Of a DNA stretch of 64,000 bases, positions 11,766-24,300 are shown piece by piece. The stretch covers positions 1 through 64,000 of the forward strand of contig JAUCBJ010006459.1 in the NCBI GenBank assembly GCA_032718475.1. Reading direction: 5' to 3'. The first letter of the stretch is position 1. Every line of letters begins with the position of its first letter. The notes under the pieces were generated by a model. That model was not told where the DNA came from. It searched no databases and was given only the letters and a program-made list of their open reading frames with translations. This DNA comes from Nemertoderma westbladi (taxonomy: Eukaryota > Animalia > Xenacoelomorpha). The position numbers and the translations under genes were made by a program.

Positions 11766-12297
11766 TGTTAGCTTATTCAATCCCGCTAACACCCCATAAA
11801 GTTGTAAGCCGATAAGCAATATTGGGAGCCACGAGATTGGGCAATTAACCAACTCGTGCCATCCCAATAAGAGTGGGAAGGAAGCACACAATAAAGGGTC
11901 AGGGGCCAAACCCCTAACCCAGAGAGTACAGGTGGAGTGAACGGGAACACTCCACGGGGCGCCAACAAGGGTAACAACCAATCAGAGGGGGGCAAGGCAT
12001 CGATTGAGTAGAGCAATAAGGCCACCGTGCAATATAACCAGTAACACAATGTCAGTAATTCAGTTATCTCAGTGCAGTGTAGGTTAGTTAGTTTAGATAG
12101 GGGAGCACGGGACTTTAGTTACCGTATCCCGCCTTCCGTATATTATACTACAGTCATCATATCTATATCTTATACCTATCAATTATTATACACCGAATAT
12201 CAGAACTCATTCACTATTTCCGTTTACTCTTTATACACGGCGGGGACGCGTAAACTAAACACCGGATAAATCGGGATCCCTCCTGGATCCCGTCACA
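11766..12297 (+). repeat. 5' LTR of B (532 bp)
   Basis: Near-identical to 43010-43541 (2 substitutions seen). TATAA lies near 12034 and a TCAGTT Inr near 12060. Confidence 0.97.
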
Positions 12298-12365
12298 GTA
12301 ACTAAATCAGCTGCCGCCCTAGATAAACTCAATAATCAACTAGCACCGAAATCTGCAGAAGAGAG

Positions 12366-15300
12366 ATGAGTCAGTCAGGTGACACGACACCGACGCGGAC
12401 CCCGGACGAAGACCTAACGATCCGCGAGGCCGCAACCAGGCGATACAGGCCCACAACGCCGGACCCATCGGTAACGGGTCATCCGGCAGTTCAGGACGAG
12501 GGGGGCCTGGAACCCGAGGTCGAACCGAGAGAAAGAGAGAGCGGGACGGAGGGAGACGGAGACGAGTCGACACGGGACGGGGGTCGACGCACCGGTGTCG
12601 CCGGCCAGCCACAGGCCGAGGGCGACGAGCGGCCCGCCGAAACGGCGACGGTGGGGCCGACGGTGCGGCCCCGGACGCAGAGAGACGGAGGAGACATCGG
12701 TACCGATGTCGCCGGCCAGCTACAGGCCGAGGGCGACGGACGGCCCACCGGAACGGCGACGGTGGAGCCGCCGGTACGACGTCGAACCCGGAGGGACGGA
12801 GGAGAGGTCGGCGACGAGGACGTCGGGGTTTCAGAGCGACTTCGACGGGCCTACAACGCGACCCGGAAGCTGATGAAGGACGCCAAGAAGGAAGGGGCGA
12901 AGGTAGACGAGGTGAGACTGAGAAAGCGACTAGGTGAGTCGGATAGACACTTTAATTACCTAATACGTTTTGGGCAGAGAGAACTAGCCGAGGAGAGAGC
13001 AAAAGGGGTTGCCGGCGAACTGTTTGAACTATGGGAGTGTGGGAGTATGGAACCTAGCGTAGCGCCAGTGTACATAGGGCCATACTTGGTCGATGCCCGG
13101 GGAGCAAAATTAGTGGGTTGGAGGGGACCCGAGGGGGGCGGATCCGAGGTTAACCCCGAGGATTCGGCCTCGTCGGTCGGAGAAAGTTCCGGGAAGCGGG
13201 GGAAAGTTAGTAGGTCGGGAAGGCGGAGGGGGTCCGCTGTAACCGATAAGTCTGCTACATCCTCCGCGAAAGAAAGAGTGGTGAGAGAGATAGGTGCCGC
13301 ATACCGTCTCAGCATGGTAGAACAAGGTCAGAGGGAAATGGAGGAACGGTTAGAGGAGGGGAGAGTGCGGTTAGCGAGGGAAGCGGCATTGATTAGAGAA
13401 ACCGGAGAGAGGGCCGAAAGGGCTTTGAGAAGCCTTAGGGAGTGTGAGGAAATAGAAGAAAAGGAGTGTAGGGAGCGTGAGGCGAGGGAGCGATAGGGAA
13501 CGCAAAGAGCGTGAGGCGAGGGAGGATAGGGAACGCAAAGAGCGTGAGGCGAGGGAGGATAGGGAACGCAAAGAGCGTGAGGCGGAACGCAAGGAATATG
13601 AGGCGAGAAGGGAAAAGGAACGCAAGGAGCGCGAGGTGAGACGAAGGGAGAGCATTAGGAGTGTAGCGGAGTCGGCCGCCCGGGACACCCAGGAGTGTGA
13701 GAGGAGAATGGGAGAGGCTGAACGAGAGCAAAAGGAATTAAAGAGACGCCAGAATGTGCTTGCGGAAGATAAGATTAGACGGGCGCACGAGTTGCAACTG
13801 GTGCAAGAGTCGCCGTCTGAAAGCGGGGCCGGCTCGAGTGTTTTTGGGGAGCCGGGGGCCGTAGATACATTTATTGATACCCCACTGACAGGGACCGCAC
13901 GACAGACTCAAAACTGGTGCGACCGTACGGGCGGGGGGGGGGGGGGTAATAATGATAATGGTACAGTAGACGTGGTTAATATTAATAGTACCGTATGGGA
14001 CAACTCTAATCAAACCTTTATTACAGGGAATACTTTACCTAGTGGTAGTAATTTAAATTTAAATCAGAACGTCCCTAGTATTAATGTAGAAAATAATTCT
14101 AATATTAATGTAGCTACGCAAAATAATCCAATTAATCAAAGTAATAACCCAAATTCGAACTTACAAAATAATTTAAATAACGCGATTACGCAGAATAATT
14201 CAAATAATTTAAATAATGATCCAAGCCCGAATTTACAAAATAATTCAGATAGTGTAGTCGCGCAATATAATCCAAGTGATTTTATCTCGAACGGACAAAT
14301 TAATTCCGTTTCCAATACAGGTGCTATTAATGTAAATACGTCGGGCGTGTATGGTCAGACAGACGAGGGCCTGGTAGGCCACGTAGTTGGTAGGCAAGGA
14401 GTGGCTGGGTTAGGTAGACCCAGCGAGGGCCTGGTAGGCCACGCAGTTGGTAGGCAGGGAGTGGCTGGGTTAGGTAGACCCAGCGAGGGCCTGGTAGGCC
14501 ACATAGTTGGTAGGCAGGGAGTAGAGGGCCTGGTAGGCCACGCAATAGCAGAGGGAGGGGCGGGGGTGAATAGACCCGACCGCGGTAGGCTTGATGTGTC
14601 GACTGGAGAGGGATATAGTAGCGGGGTGAGGAGTAGCGAAGTTAGATGTGGCGAATGGGGGGGGGGGCTACGAGAACCCCACAACAGCGAGTTAGCGGCG
14701 AAAGGGGGGGGGGGGCAGAGAGTGTCCCACAGCCGTCAGCGGATAATGCGAGGGCCGAAATAGGTAAACCGCAACAACCGGCGACGGAAAGTAATAGGGG
14801 GATTGCGAGTATCCCCAGCGGCGTGCGACCGAGCAGGGAGAGACAGGTTGACGTCGTAAGAGGGCGGACGAAGCGTCGAGCCCGATCAGAAGAGGGAAGA
14901 AGAAGAGTGGGGTTTAACCGGGAGGTCGGCGAGAGATCTCACGAGCGGGAATACTCCACTGAAAGGAGAAGAAGAGAAGACAGTAGTAGAGGTATCGCCG
15001 CGAACGATAGAAGAGCGAGGACGGATGGCGAGCCGTCGGTAGTTGAGATGAGAACGGAGAGTCAGTGGGGTCGGACTCCGGGAGATTGCCGTCGCCCCGG
15101 AGAGATGCGACCCGGCGAGGCGCACTACGCGCCGAGAGAGGGGTACGCGATGTACCGGTACGAAGATGAGAACAGTAGAGAGGGGGGTCGAAGAGAAACT
15201 TTCCGACGGAATACACCTACCGATCGAGAATACGGTAGCCGCGGGGAGGATTATTCGAGAAGAATAAACTTCGATCCCGAACAACACATGCAGACTGTAG

Positions 15301-18300
15301 GACATACTGTAGGCCTTACTGCACATACCGTAGGCCATACTGAGAGAGGCAATGTAGGCGATAGGATAGCGTGGACAATGGGATTAAACCCGGAAGTCGC
15401 GGAATACATACCGGCGGGTAGGCCAGAAGCTGATAGGCCTATACCGGTACCAACACAGCAGTATGACTACAGCATGCAGGGACATAACATATACCCAGGG
15501 GAGGGGGGAATTATTGCGGATAGGTGTATGGGCCCCAACATATTTACATCAACCCCAGTACCAAACATACCGGTGGGGGGTGACAGGGTGACATTCCCCC
15601 ATCACAATATCAACAATATACCCCGATAGTAGCAAGAACAGCGAGACCCTTGGATGAAAACAAGTCGTGTGACACAGACATATGGAGGGGGCCGCTACCC
15701 CCGATGACATACCCAAGCCAGAGAAAGTCAAGAAATAGGACGGACGAACCACACCAGACAGGAGAGACTATACAGCACCCGTCGAATCCATTGGAAGCGC
15801 AGGCGATAGGGATGGCCACGTTGATCGATGCGTTGAAAACGAGGATCGAGTTACCACCCGTGGAACCATTCAAATTCGATGGGAGCAGGCCGGAGGAATA
15901 TCTACAGTTTCGGCGAATGTATAGTAACGAAATACTAACAAAAAACTTGACGCAGGCGGAGTCTACAAGTGTACACGGGAGGCCCAGCATACGACATCGT
16001 GAGGCAATATCAAGGAATAGAGGGCGGCCGCTGAGGGGCATAACGTCGGGTGGCCTACAGGATAATCCTGTTAGCATTAAGACGTTCGCTAACAAAGTCG
16101 AAAAGGCGCTAATCGTGCTGAAGACGCTAGACGCGCCGTACGAGCTCAATGCGTCCAACAACATCACAACGATAGCGCAGGCACTACCAAACTGGCTGCG
16201 CAACAAGTGGAGAAAAATCGCCTTCTCTACTCGAGATAAGAAGGGTGCGGAACCGGGTTTAGAAGAAATGTCAAACTTCTTAAACTACGAGGCTGAACTA
16301 ATAACTGACCCAGTCTATAGCGAAGACAGCCTGGGAAAGGGACCGAAGACAGACTACCATAGACCGAAACCAGAGCACAACACATCGAACGCATTACCGA
16401 GACTCAGGCAATCATTGCCATATGCAGCGACGCAGGGGACTGCAAGTCCACAGCTAGCCGAGGATAAGACAACATCATGGAACGGACAGGGAAACAATAA
16501 TAACACGAATAAACATAACCCCAGTACGTCCAATAGGCAAAACCCAAACAATAAGAATAGTAGGGACTTTGGTACAAACGCAACTGCGATACGCAATGCA
16601 CTGTATAAAGAGGGCTACGACCCAAAGAGCAAATGTCAGCTACACGCAAATGCGCTTCATCAAACTATGAACTGCAGGTACTGGCAGGCGCTACCTAGGC
16701 AAGATCAGATAGATTATGCGTTCAGCAATAAAATCTGCTCGCGATGTGTAATGAGTGGACATAGAGCAAGGGAGTGTAAGGAGAAGCCAATGAAATTTGG
16801 TCAAAGGAGAGGCCAAACGATGGCGACGAGCACAGTAGGGGCGAAGAAGAGAGGAACGGTGCTACTTGGAGTAGTACCAGTACGAGTGATCGGAGAAGGC
16901 AATCGATCAGTAACAACACTAATGCTGGTTGATAGTGGAGCTGCCTTCACATTAGTCGAAGAATGGGTGGCCGTGGAGATAGGATTGAGAACGAGGCCGA
17001 GCAGGATGGCGGTAACAACCATCTCTAGCAAAGATGAGGTCCTGGAGATGAGAACAGGACGGTGCGCAATTGCAGCAGTGGCACCAGGATGCGACTATGG
17101 GGCAACCATCGACCCCATTCAAGTGATAGAGTCAATTAATATCAATGCTAGGCGGCCAACCAACATCGAGGTCGAGCAGTACAAATTCCTGGACAACATT
17201 GACTTCTCAATCCCAGACGTGGACGTTAGGAAGGTGTCCATCCTTATTGGGTATGGACTGCCCAACGGCCCACGAAAGAATGCAAACGGTCTTCGGGGAA
17301 GACAAGCAGAGTGACCCGGTGGCCATATTAACACCATTCGGGTGGACGCTGAGTGGTCCAATTAAGAGCAAGATACCATTTAGGATGTCGGAGACATCAG
17401 GATGCATGTTCGCGGGAACAATGCAGGAAATGGGTGACGAGGGAGCAGAAGAGCAGCTTAAAAGACTGCTCAGACAAGATTTTGAGGGACTGAAACAGAC
17501 AGGGGTCGGGACCTCAGTAGAAGACAAGCAGGCTCTACAAAGCGTGGAGGAATCAATGAGATGCGATGAGGGACGGTATACTATAGGAATGGTATGGAAA
17601 CTACCGAAGATACCGCTGCCCGACAATAGGGGGATGGTGCTCACGAGACTCCGCAAACTGAAACAAACACTAAAACGGAGCCCCGAGAAGAATGAGTATA
17701 TCCACAGAACAATTAAGAAGTACGTCGAGAAAGGATGGGCCGTGGAGTTACCGGTCGACGAGCCGAACACGGATAGAACATATTACCTGCCACTGCACGT
17801 GGCTTTAGATCCAAAGAAAGGTAAACTAAGGATGGTAGTCGACGCATCGGCAAAGACCGACGGAAAATGCTTAAACGATTACATGTTAGAAGGCCCAAAT
17901 ATTTACAATTCGGGCATAGAGGTGTTACTTAGATTTCGAAATGGGAAACACGCCTTCACGTGTGACATAGAAGGCATGTTCAACCAAGTCCGTGTAACGG
18001 AAGAAGATAGCGACAGTCAACGCTTCTTATGGTATAACGGCGAAGAAGAACCGCCGATAATACCAGCATATAAGATGGTAGTACAGAACATGGGGGACAA
18101 GTCGTCTTCATTTACGACGACTATGGCAGTGAGAGACACAGTAAAGGGGAAGGAAGATAGATACAGCAGTAGGGCCGTCGATATGATTCGACGCGGCTTC
18201 TACGTAGACGACGGAATGGAGTCTGGAAATACGGTTAAAGAAATACTGGACACCGGGCGCGAGGTTCGCGACATCCTAAAAGGATCCGGCTTTAACCTGA

Positions 18301-18616
18301 CCAAATTCCAATCCAGTTCAGAAGAATTTATTAAGGCGATAGAGGACAGGAGACCAGAATCGACCATGGACAATCCCACAACAGCCAAAGGGCAGGACAT
18401 GGCGATTAAGAGAACAGAATCTCAACAGAAGGCATTGGGAATCGTGTGGGATAGAGAGACAGACGAACTGAAGTATCAGCTGAGCCAAGAGGGCGCAGAC
18501 ATCCACACGAAGAGGGGCTTTGTATCGTATATAGCAAGGATATACGATCCCCTAGGCCTAGCATCCCCATTATTAGTCACGGGGAAACAGATACTCAAGA
18601 GAGTATACAAATTGAA
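12366..18616 (+). pseudogene. B gag-PR-RT (5' part) with several frameshifts, stops and deletions; interrupted by A
   Basis: Consecutive ORF pieces give a coiled-coil and Asn-rich gag N-terminus, FKFDGS, CSRCVMSGHRAREC, protease LVDSGA, and RT motifs YYLPLH, DIEGMFNQV and FYVDD. Confidence 0.92.
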
Positions 18617-18742
18617 TATAGAATTATATTCCCTAAATGCCGTGGATTTTCAAAATTTGATTTTATTCGGATTAACTTTGTAAAGATTGCTTTGAGTTCT
18701 CATTCGTATTGGTTCTATCATTTGTACATCTATCGGTCAAGT

Positions 18743-18829
18743 GGTTCAGTAGCTCAGTCGGTAGAGCGTTGGAAATTATATGTGTAGTAGGTGTTGAGTT
18801 CGAATCCTAGTAAGTGCGAATTATTTTTT
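18743..18829 (+). ncRNA. tRNA-like Pol III cassette in U3 of the A 5' LTR
   Basis: TAGCTCAGTCGGTAGAGC (A box and D arm), GAGTTCGAATCC (B box, 18796-18807) and T6 at 18824-29. There is no acceptor stem or normal anticodon arm. Confidence 0.7.
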
Positions 18830-18879
18830 GTACAGAATTTCAACTCATTTAAATTAACCGCTACAAATTAATTGCATTT

Positions 18880-19060
18880 ATCTGTACCAATGAGACTGTA
18901 GTTATTTGATTGTAACCAATGTCGTGCAAGTTATATATTAGCTGGACCAATAGCTATCTTTAAAACCCCGTTAGAACCCATAGAACAATCGAGAATTTTC
19001 TCGATTGATTGCGGCACAAATTTGCTATATAAAGGTGCGATTTGTTCATTAGTTATTCAC
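18880..19060 (+). promoter_or_regulatory. Pol II promoter of LTR A: three CCAAT boxes, HSE-like palindrome, TATATAAA at 19026-33
   Basis: CCAAT at about 18887, 18916 and 18947; CAATCGAGAA-TT-TTCTCGATTG at 18986-19007; TATA box followed by TTAGTT about 20 nt downstream. Confidence 0.65.
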
Positions 19061-21340
19061 TTCTACTTCACAGATTATCTTATCAATATTCTGTTGTGCT
19101 TAGTTTATTTCAGATTACATTGTACATATTATTATAATCTTCTGTAATAAAGTCAGAATATTCTCTCAGCTTTTCTATCTGTTTTACTATGGATTCACTA
19201 CGGTGAACTAACTCAGGGACAGGATGGCCGGCTAGAGATCGGGCCGCAGCAATGAACGGGAACATCACGGGAATGTAGACGAGAGACAACCCGCAATACC
19301 ATTTAGAGTTATTCGCCCATCGCCTGAAAGGTTAGACAGCGTTCGATCCTTGCTACCTAAGTGTAAGACCAAAAGATCAAAAGGTAGACGTAGTGACACG
19401 CTGTAAGCCCAAAATTACATCATAGGGACTGTACTGTCTTGATTCAGGAAAACCCACAGTAGACCTTCACATTCCTACGGGGGGGGGGAGAGAGAGCGCA
19501 GGCAGATACTAGTACGCAGATAGGACGTAGGCACACCGGTACAAGGCATACACATTGGTTAGGGTGCAGCAAACTGTACGCTTAACTCTTGCTAAGTACA
19601 GGTGCGTGTGCGACTATTTGCAGTACGACAGTGTCCATTACATCAGAACTTGTAGGCTAGGGGGTTGCTGTGTTTTTACCTGAATTGGGATTGTACCGTT
19701 CGGGCGGTAGGGCAGTTTACGTACTAGGCGCAAATAAATTGAGGCTATCAGGGATATACTAACATCTACCGTGTCCCCGCCAACGCCCTAATAGGAAGTT
19801 ACCCGGACTACCTGGGTGACTAAAATTCTAGATAGGAGCCAGGATAGCTATTAGTACCTGTACGCCTACAGTAGTAAACTAACACATCTCTTCTTAGTAT
19901 CAGGGACCTGGTACCTAAAATTGCCGAATTCTGGGCGTAGTATTAACCTTATGCCTGAATTTGAGTCCTGGAAATACGCAAGAGGGGAAGGAACCTTATC
20001 ATTCGTGAGTATTGGACCTACAAGTTACAAAATTAGAATATTCGTAAATGCACACCGTACCCAGTAATTATATATGTGAAGGAGCAAAACTGTTTTGACC
20101 GTTCAGAATTAACACGCGCGTTAGAAATTATTTACACCTCGAAATATATAAAATTAACTTTTGTCCGTACTGTGCTTTGCCCGCTAGTTAGACATCTCCA
20201 AATCTCTGCCTGTACCTAGCTAGCGTCTCTTTGCCCAACCATATAAATCACACCGCGGCAAGGTATACGAGCCTCTTAGTCCGTCAGTGAGTCAGCCTGA
20301 TTTTAGGATTCGCTGCGCGGGATTTTGTTTTATCGAAGTTTGTCTGCTCGTAGACTGTTTTCTGCCTCACCGGTTATAAGAGATCGATACTGCAATATAT
20401 TCGCTTACTTAGTTTATTGTTTTGGTGAGAAGGTCGGATTTATGATTTGATTTACAAACTTTACAGTAGGATATTGCAGGTATTGTTACCGTCTCTTCGC
20501 ATAGTAGGAATAGGCGTATCTCTTCAATTAGTAGGAATATGTTTTACTGAACTACGGTTCGGTAGGACTAAAGTTATTTGAAAATTCTGTATTTTGAGGT
20601 AAAAATTTGTATTTGATTAGCTAAGTGCTAATTTTTTGAAATAAAATTTGATTTGAACCGCGTGTAAAATATTTTTGGAATTGAATACCGGTGTTTTAAA
20701 AGGGTTTAAATACCATATTGTACCGGTACAAAATTTTCGTAAAAGTAAAACCTAACTCTTTTGTTTTTTCAGGATTCAGAACTCATTTCTAGACTGTAAC
20801 GGGAGCAAGACCGTGTTTAGCAAGTTTGGGAGATAGATAACTCAACAACTTTGGTTGGGAAAATCGCGTTTCGTCCGCAACGTTAAAAACGGAAAGGTTC
20901 ACGTCCGGTTTGTATCTGGGAATCTGTTTTTCTGGAGAATTATTGGAGTGGGTGAGTTCGAAAAGTTGCATAAATAAGTTAGGCATTACCGTATTAGTTA
21001 AAAATTATTGTGGGTTCCACTGTCTCAAGTATTTATGCATTCCGTATGATTTCTTTGTTCATTGCTGAATTAGTCCGTATTATTGTATTTAATTTACCTT
21101 TTGATAACGCATATCGTTATCCGAATTATTTGTTATAAAATTGGCCGCTAGGCTAATTTTATTATATACTTATTCCGTGACATTTATTTGCTGTAAAATT
21201 GGCCGTTTAGGCTAATTTTATCCATCTGCTATAAAATCGGCCGGTAGGCTAATTTTATAAGACTGTAATTAGTACCGTTTAGATAAATACGGTAAACTCG
21301 ATACTTTGACACTCACTTTACTTGACTTACAACTACCGAA

Positions 21341-24300
21341 ATGAGTGACAAACAAGACTATACGAAAAATACACAAACCGACTATGACTCATGTGACGCG
21401 GATAAGTCAGCAGCGGAAGAACAACAGGGGAAGACTCGCGAGCCTACCGAACCTACACCGTGTGCATCACCAGTACATCCAACGGGAGTACCGGATGCCG
21501 TAGTACGAGGCGACGGCAGGACCGAGGACTTTCTAACTGTTCCGCAACCTAGATACAGGGAAACGGAAATGGTAAGTTCAGCAGGAAGCACAGAAAGTGT
21601 GGTTAGAAGCGTCGGTGGATACATGGCGCATATAACCAGGAGTATTGGAGAAGGCCAACGCTTATTAGACGGGTTGACCGCTCCGATGTCTCGATTCGAG
21701 TTCTACACCCTCCAGGTTAGAGTGCAGAGTAAAGTATATAAGTCCGTAGATAATCTAGTTGGCCTACAAGATCTAGCTAGACAGAGACAGGACATGGATA
21801 CTCAACTTAGAATCCTCGAGAAACTAATGATCACTAGAGAGAAACTGATTCAGTTTAAGTCGACGATTAGACAGATACAACAGGAACAAGCGGACCAGTT
21901 GTTAGGTGAGTCAGTTTCGGACGAATTATTACAACCCGAGGAAGAACAGGAACTGTACCGACTGGATGGACAATTGAAACATCTGACGGACCACTTACGC
22001 ATGTGCGGCGAGGACGTCGGAGATTGGGAAACCGTGCCGGAGGCTACGAGGGAAACTTCACTCGCACAAATCAAACCGGTACCGGGAACACTAGATCAAT
22101 CACTGGTGAGTATTCGCAGCGAAATTGGCGAGGTGAGTATGGCTACGTCAGAAATTGCTCGACAACAGCAGATCTACAGACAACAACAGGAGTGGGAGGA
22201 ACAAACTCAACTCATAATGGCACAAGCAGCAGCAGAAGAAGAGAAACTACGCGTTGCGAATGTTGCGAGAATCTCTCACCTGCAAGAACAAGCTGAGTTG
22301 GAAGTAGCCAAAATGGAAAGGTTAGAGTTGGACATTGCACAACAAGCGGCAGCGGCCGAGTTAGCGCAACGAACGGCAGCGGCCGAGTTAGAGCGACAAG
22401 CGGCAGCGGCAGCGGCAGCGTCCGAGTTGGAGCGACAAATGTTAGCTTCAGAAGCGAGAACCGAAATGAAAAAACGGCAAATAAAGGCTCAATCAGCGAT
22501 ACGACAAGCGGAGTTCGAGGCGCAACAACAACAAACGGAACAACGCGAGAAAGAAGTTAAACTTCGTTTCGAACTCGAGAAGAAGGCGAGAGAATTAGCC
22601 AACGCCAAGGAAGACCTGGATCTACAAGCCCGCGATCGATCGATGAGATCTCGAGACGGACATGATTTAGACCGGTTGGAGGTAAGGCACCGCCAAATCC
22701 AGGAACGAATGAAGGAAGGTTCGATAGGAGCACCCGGACGGGAACGACAATTAGTAAAAGACTTGTGTCAACGATTCCCACAAGTAAATCCTATGTTTGC
22801 ACCAGTTACGACTAAGGAACCTGTTTCGATTGCGGGTAGTAGTAACATTTCTCCTATCTATGGTGCGACGGAACACAGGTTTGTTATTCCGGACGAGTTT
22901 ACACCGCCAAGAGCAACGTCGTCGCCTATTCCGAAGGTCAAGGTAAGTAACCCGCCGATTACAGATCGTAGTAGTTTATTAGTCGGACCTGCACTACTGA
23001 CGACTAAACAGGTGAGTCCACCTCTGACGCCACAACCTGTTACACACTACGCTTACCCAATGACGTTTCGACCTACAAGGCCAGTTGATTCAAATGCTGT
23101 CATTCGCCCACCGGTTCAGTTTACATCGCAATCTACGACTTCAAGGAAGACTTGTGAGCCTACCGAACAACGGAGAACAGTGGATATGCGACCGTTCAAC
23201 CAGTTTGCATCGCAATCTACGACTTCGAGGAAGACTTGTGAGCCTACCGAACAACGGAGAACAGTGGATACGCGACCGTTCAACCAGTTTGCATCGCAAT
23301 CTACGACTTCGAGGAAGACTTGTGAGCCTACCGAACAACGGAGATCAGTGGACGATGTTCCAAAGCAAAACGTTAGAATTCGTACGACGCAACGGACGCG
23401 AGCACGTCGACCACCGTATCCAGGTGACAGTAGTACTTCGAGCGAGTCGGATTACCCGGAATGCGAGGTATTTAGAACAGGAGCGGCCGACAAATGTAAA
23501 CGTGAGCGTTCGGATAATTCATTTATCGACAATCCTCCACAGAATACACCAACACAAAAGGCGTTACAACCAACAGACGCGATCAGTACACAACAGTTCG
23601 CCGACATCCTGCGACCAGTTGTTAACAAGTTGGCTCAGATCGAGGAACGTCTAGAGGAAGGTTATACCGACAGTTCGAGAAATTCCGAATTCGAACACAA
23701 TAGACACCCGAAGGAACCACAAAGACCGGTACCTTCAAACCCCACATCGTATCAGGGAAAAGCGCCAAGAAGGGATATCAACAAGGTTACCAACCAAGGA
23801 CGCGAAACTCTGAACGTTGCAGAGGAGATAGCGAAATTCGCAGCCAGACAGGGATTGCCGGTACAACAACCACCGAAGTTTTCCGGTAGCTCAAAACACT
23901 GGCATACTTTCGTAGACTATATCGAATCCCAGATCGCTGTGTGCGCCTTTACATCACGGGAGAAGTTCAATTACCTGCTCCAAACGTTGTCAGGAGAACC
24001 TAAACGTTTGGCGGAGACTTTCGTCGGTGTACCGGACGCTTTCGAACTAGCGTACGATCGTTTAACTTCGATATACGGAGGTACAGTTAGTATGGCCAGG
24101 TCAGTAATAGAGGAACTCTGTAAGGGAGGGGCTATCACTAAACCCGTCGACTTACTAAAACTAGCTGACGAGATCAAGAACGCTATCACTACCTTAAGAT
24201 CAATTGGACAACTTGATTACGGGAATACCCCTACAGTCCTATTAAAGATAATAGGACGACTCCACCATCGACTTCGTCGGGAGTGGAGGAAGGTCGAATA

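Larger units (their letters stand above)
18617..20530 (+). repeat. 5' LTR of A (1914 bp, TATAG...AATTA)
   Basis: Matches 35281-37204 except for about 3 substitutions and the poly-G length. Confidence 0.95.

Noticed and set aside
11700-12269. Short ORFs in the B LTR (repeated at 43030-43513) and in the A' LTR (50437-50880)
   Set aside because: They recur only because the LTRs are duplicated, and they have no recognisable motifs.
18743-18829. Functional tRNA gene, or an element-encoded tRNA primer
   Set aside because: The acceptor stem cannot pair, there is no canonical anticodon arm, and the 3' end is not complementary to the post-LTR sequence.
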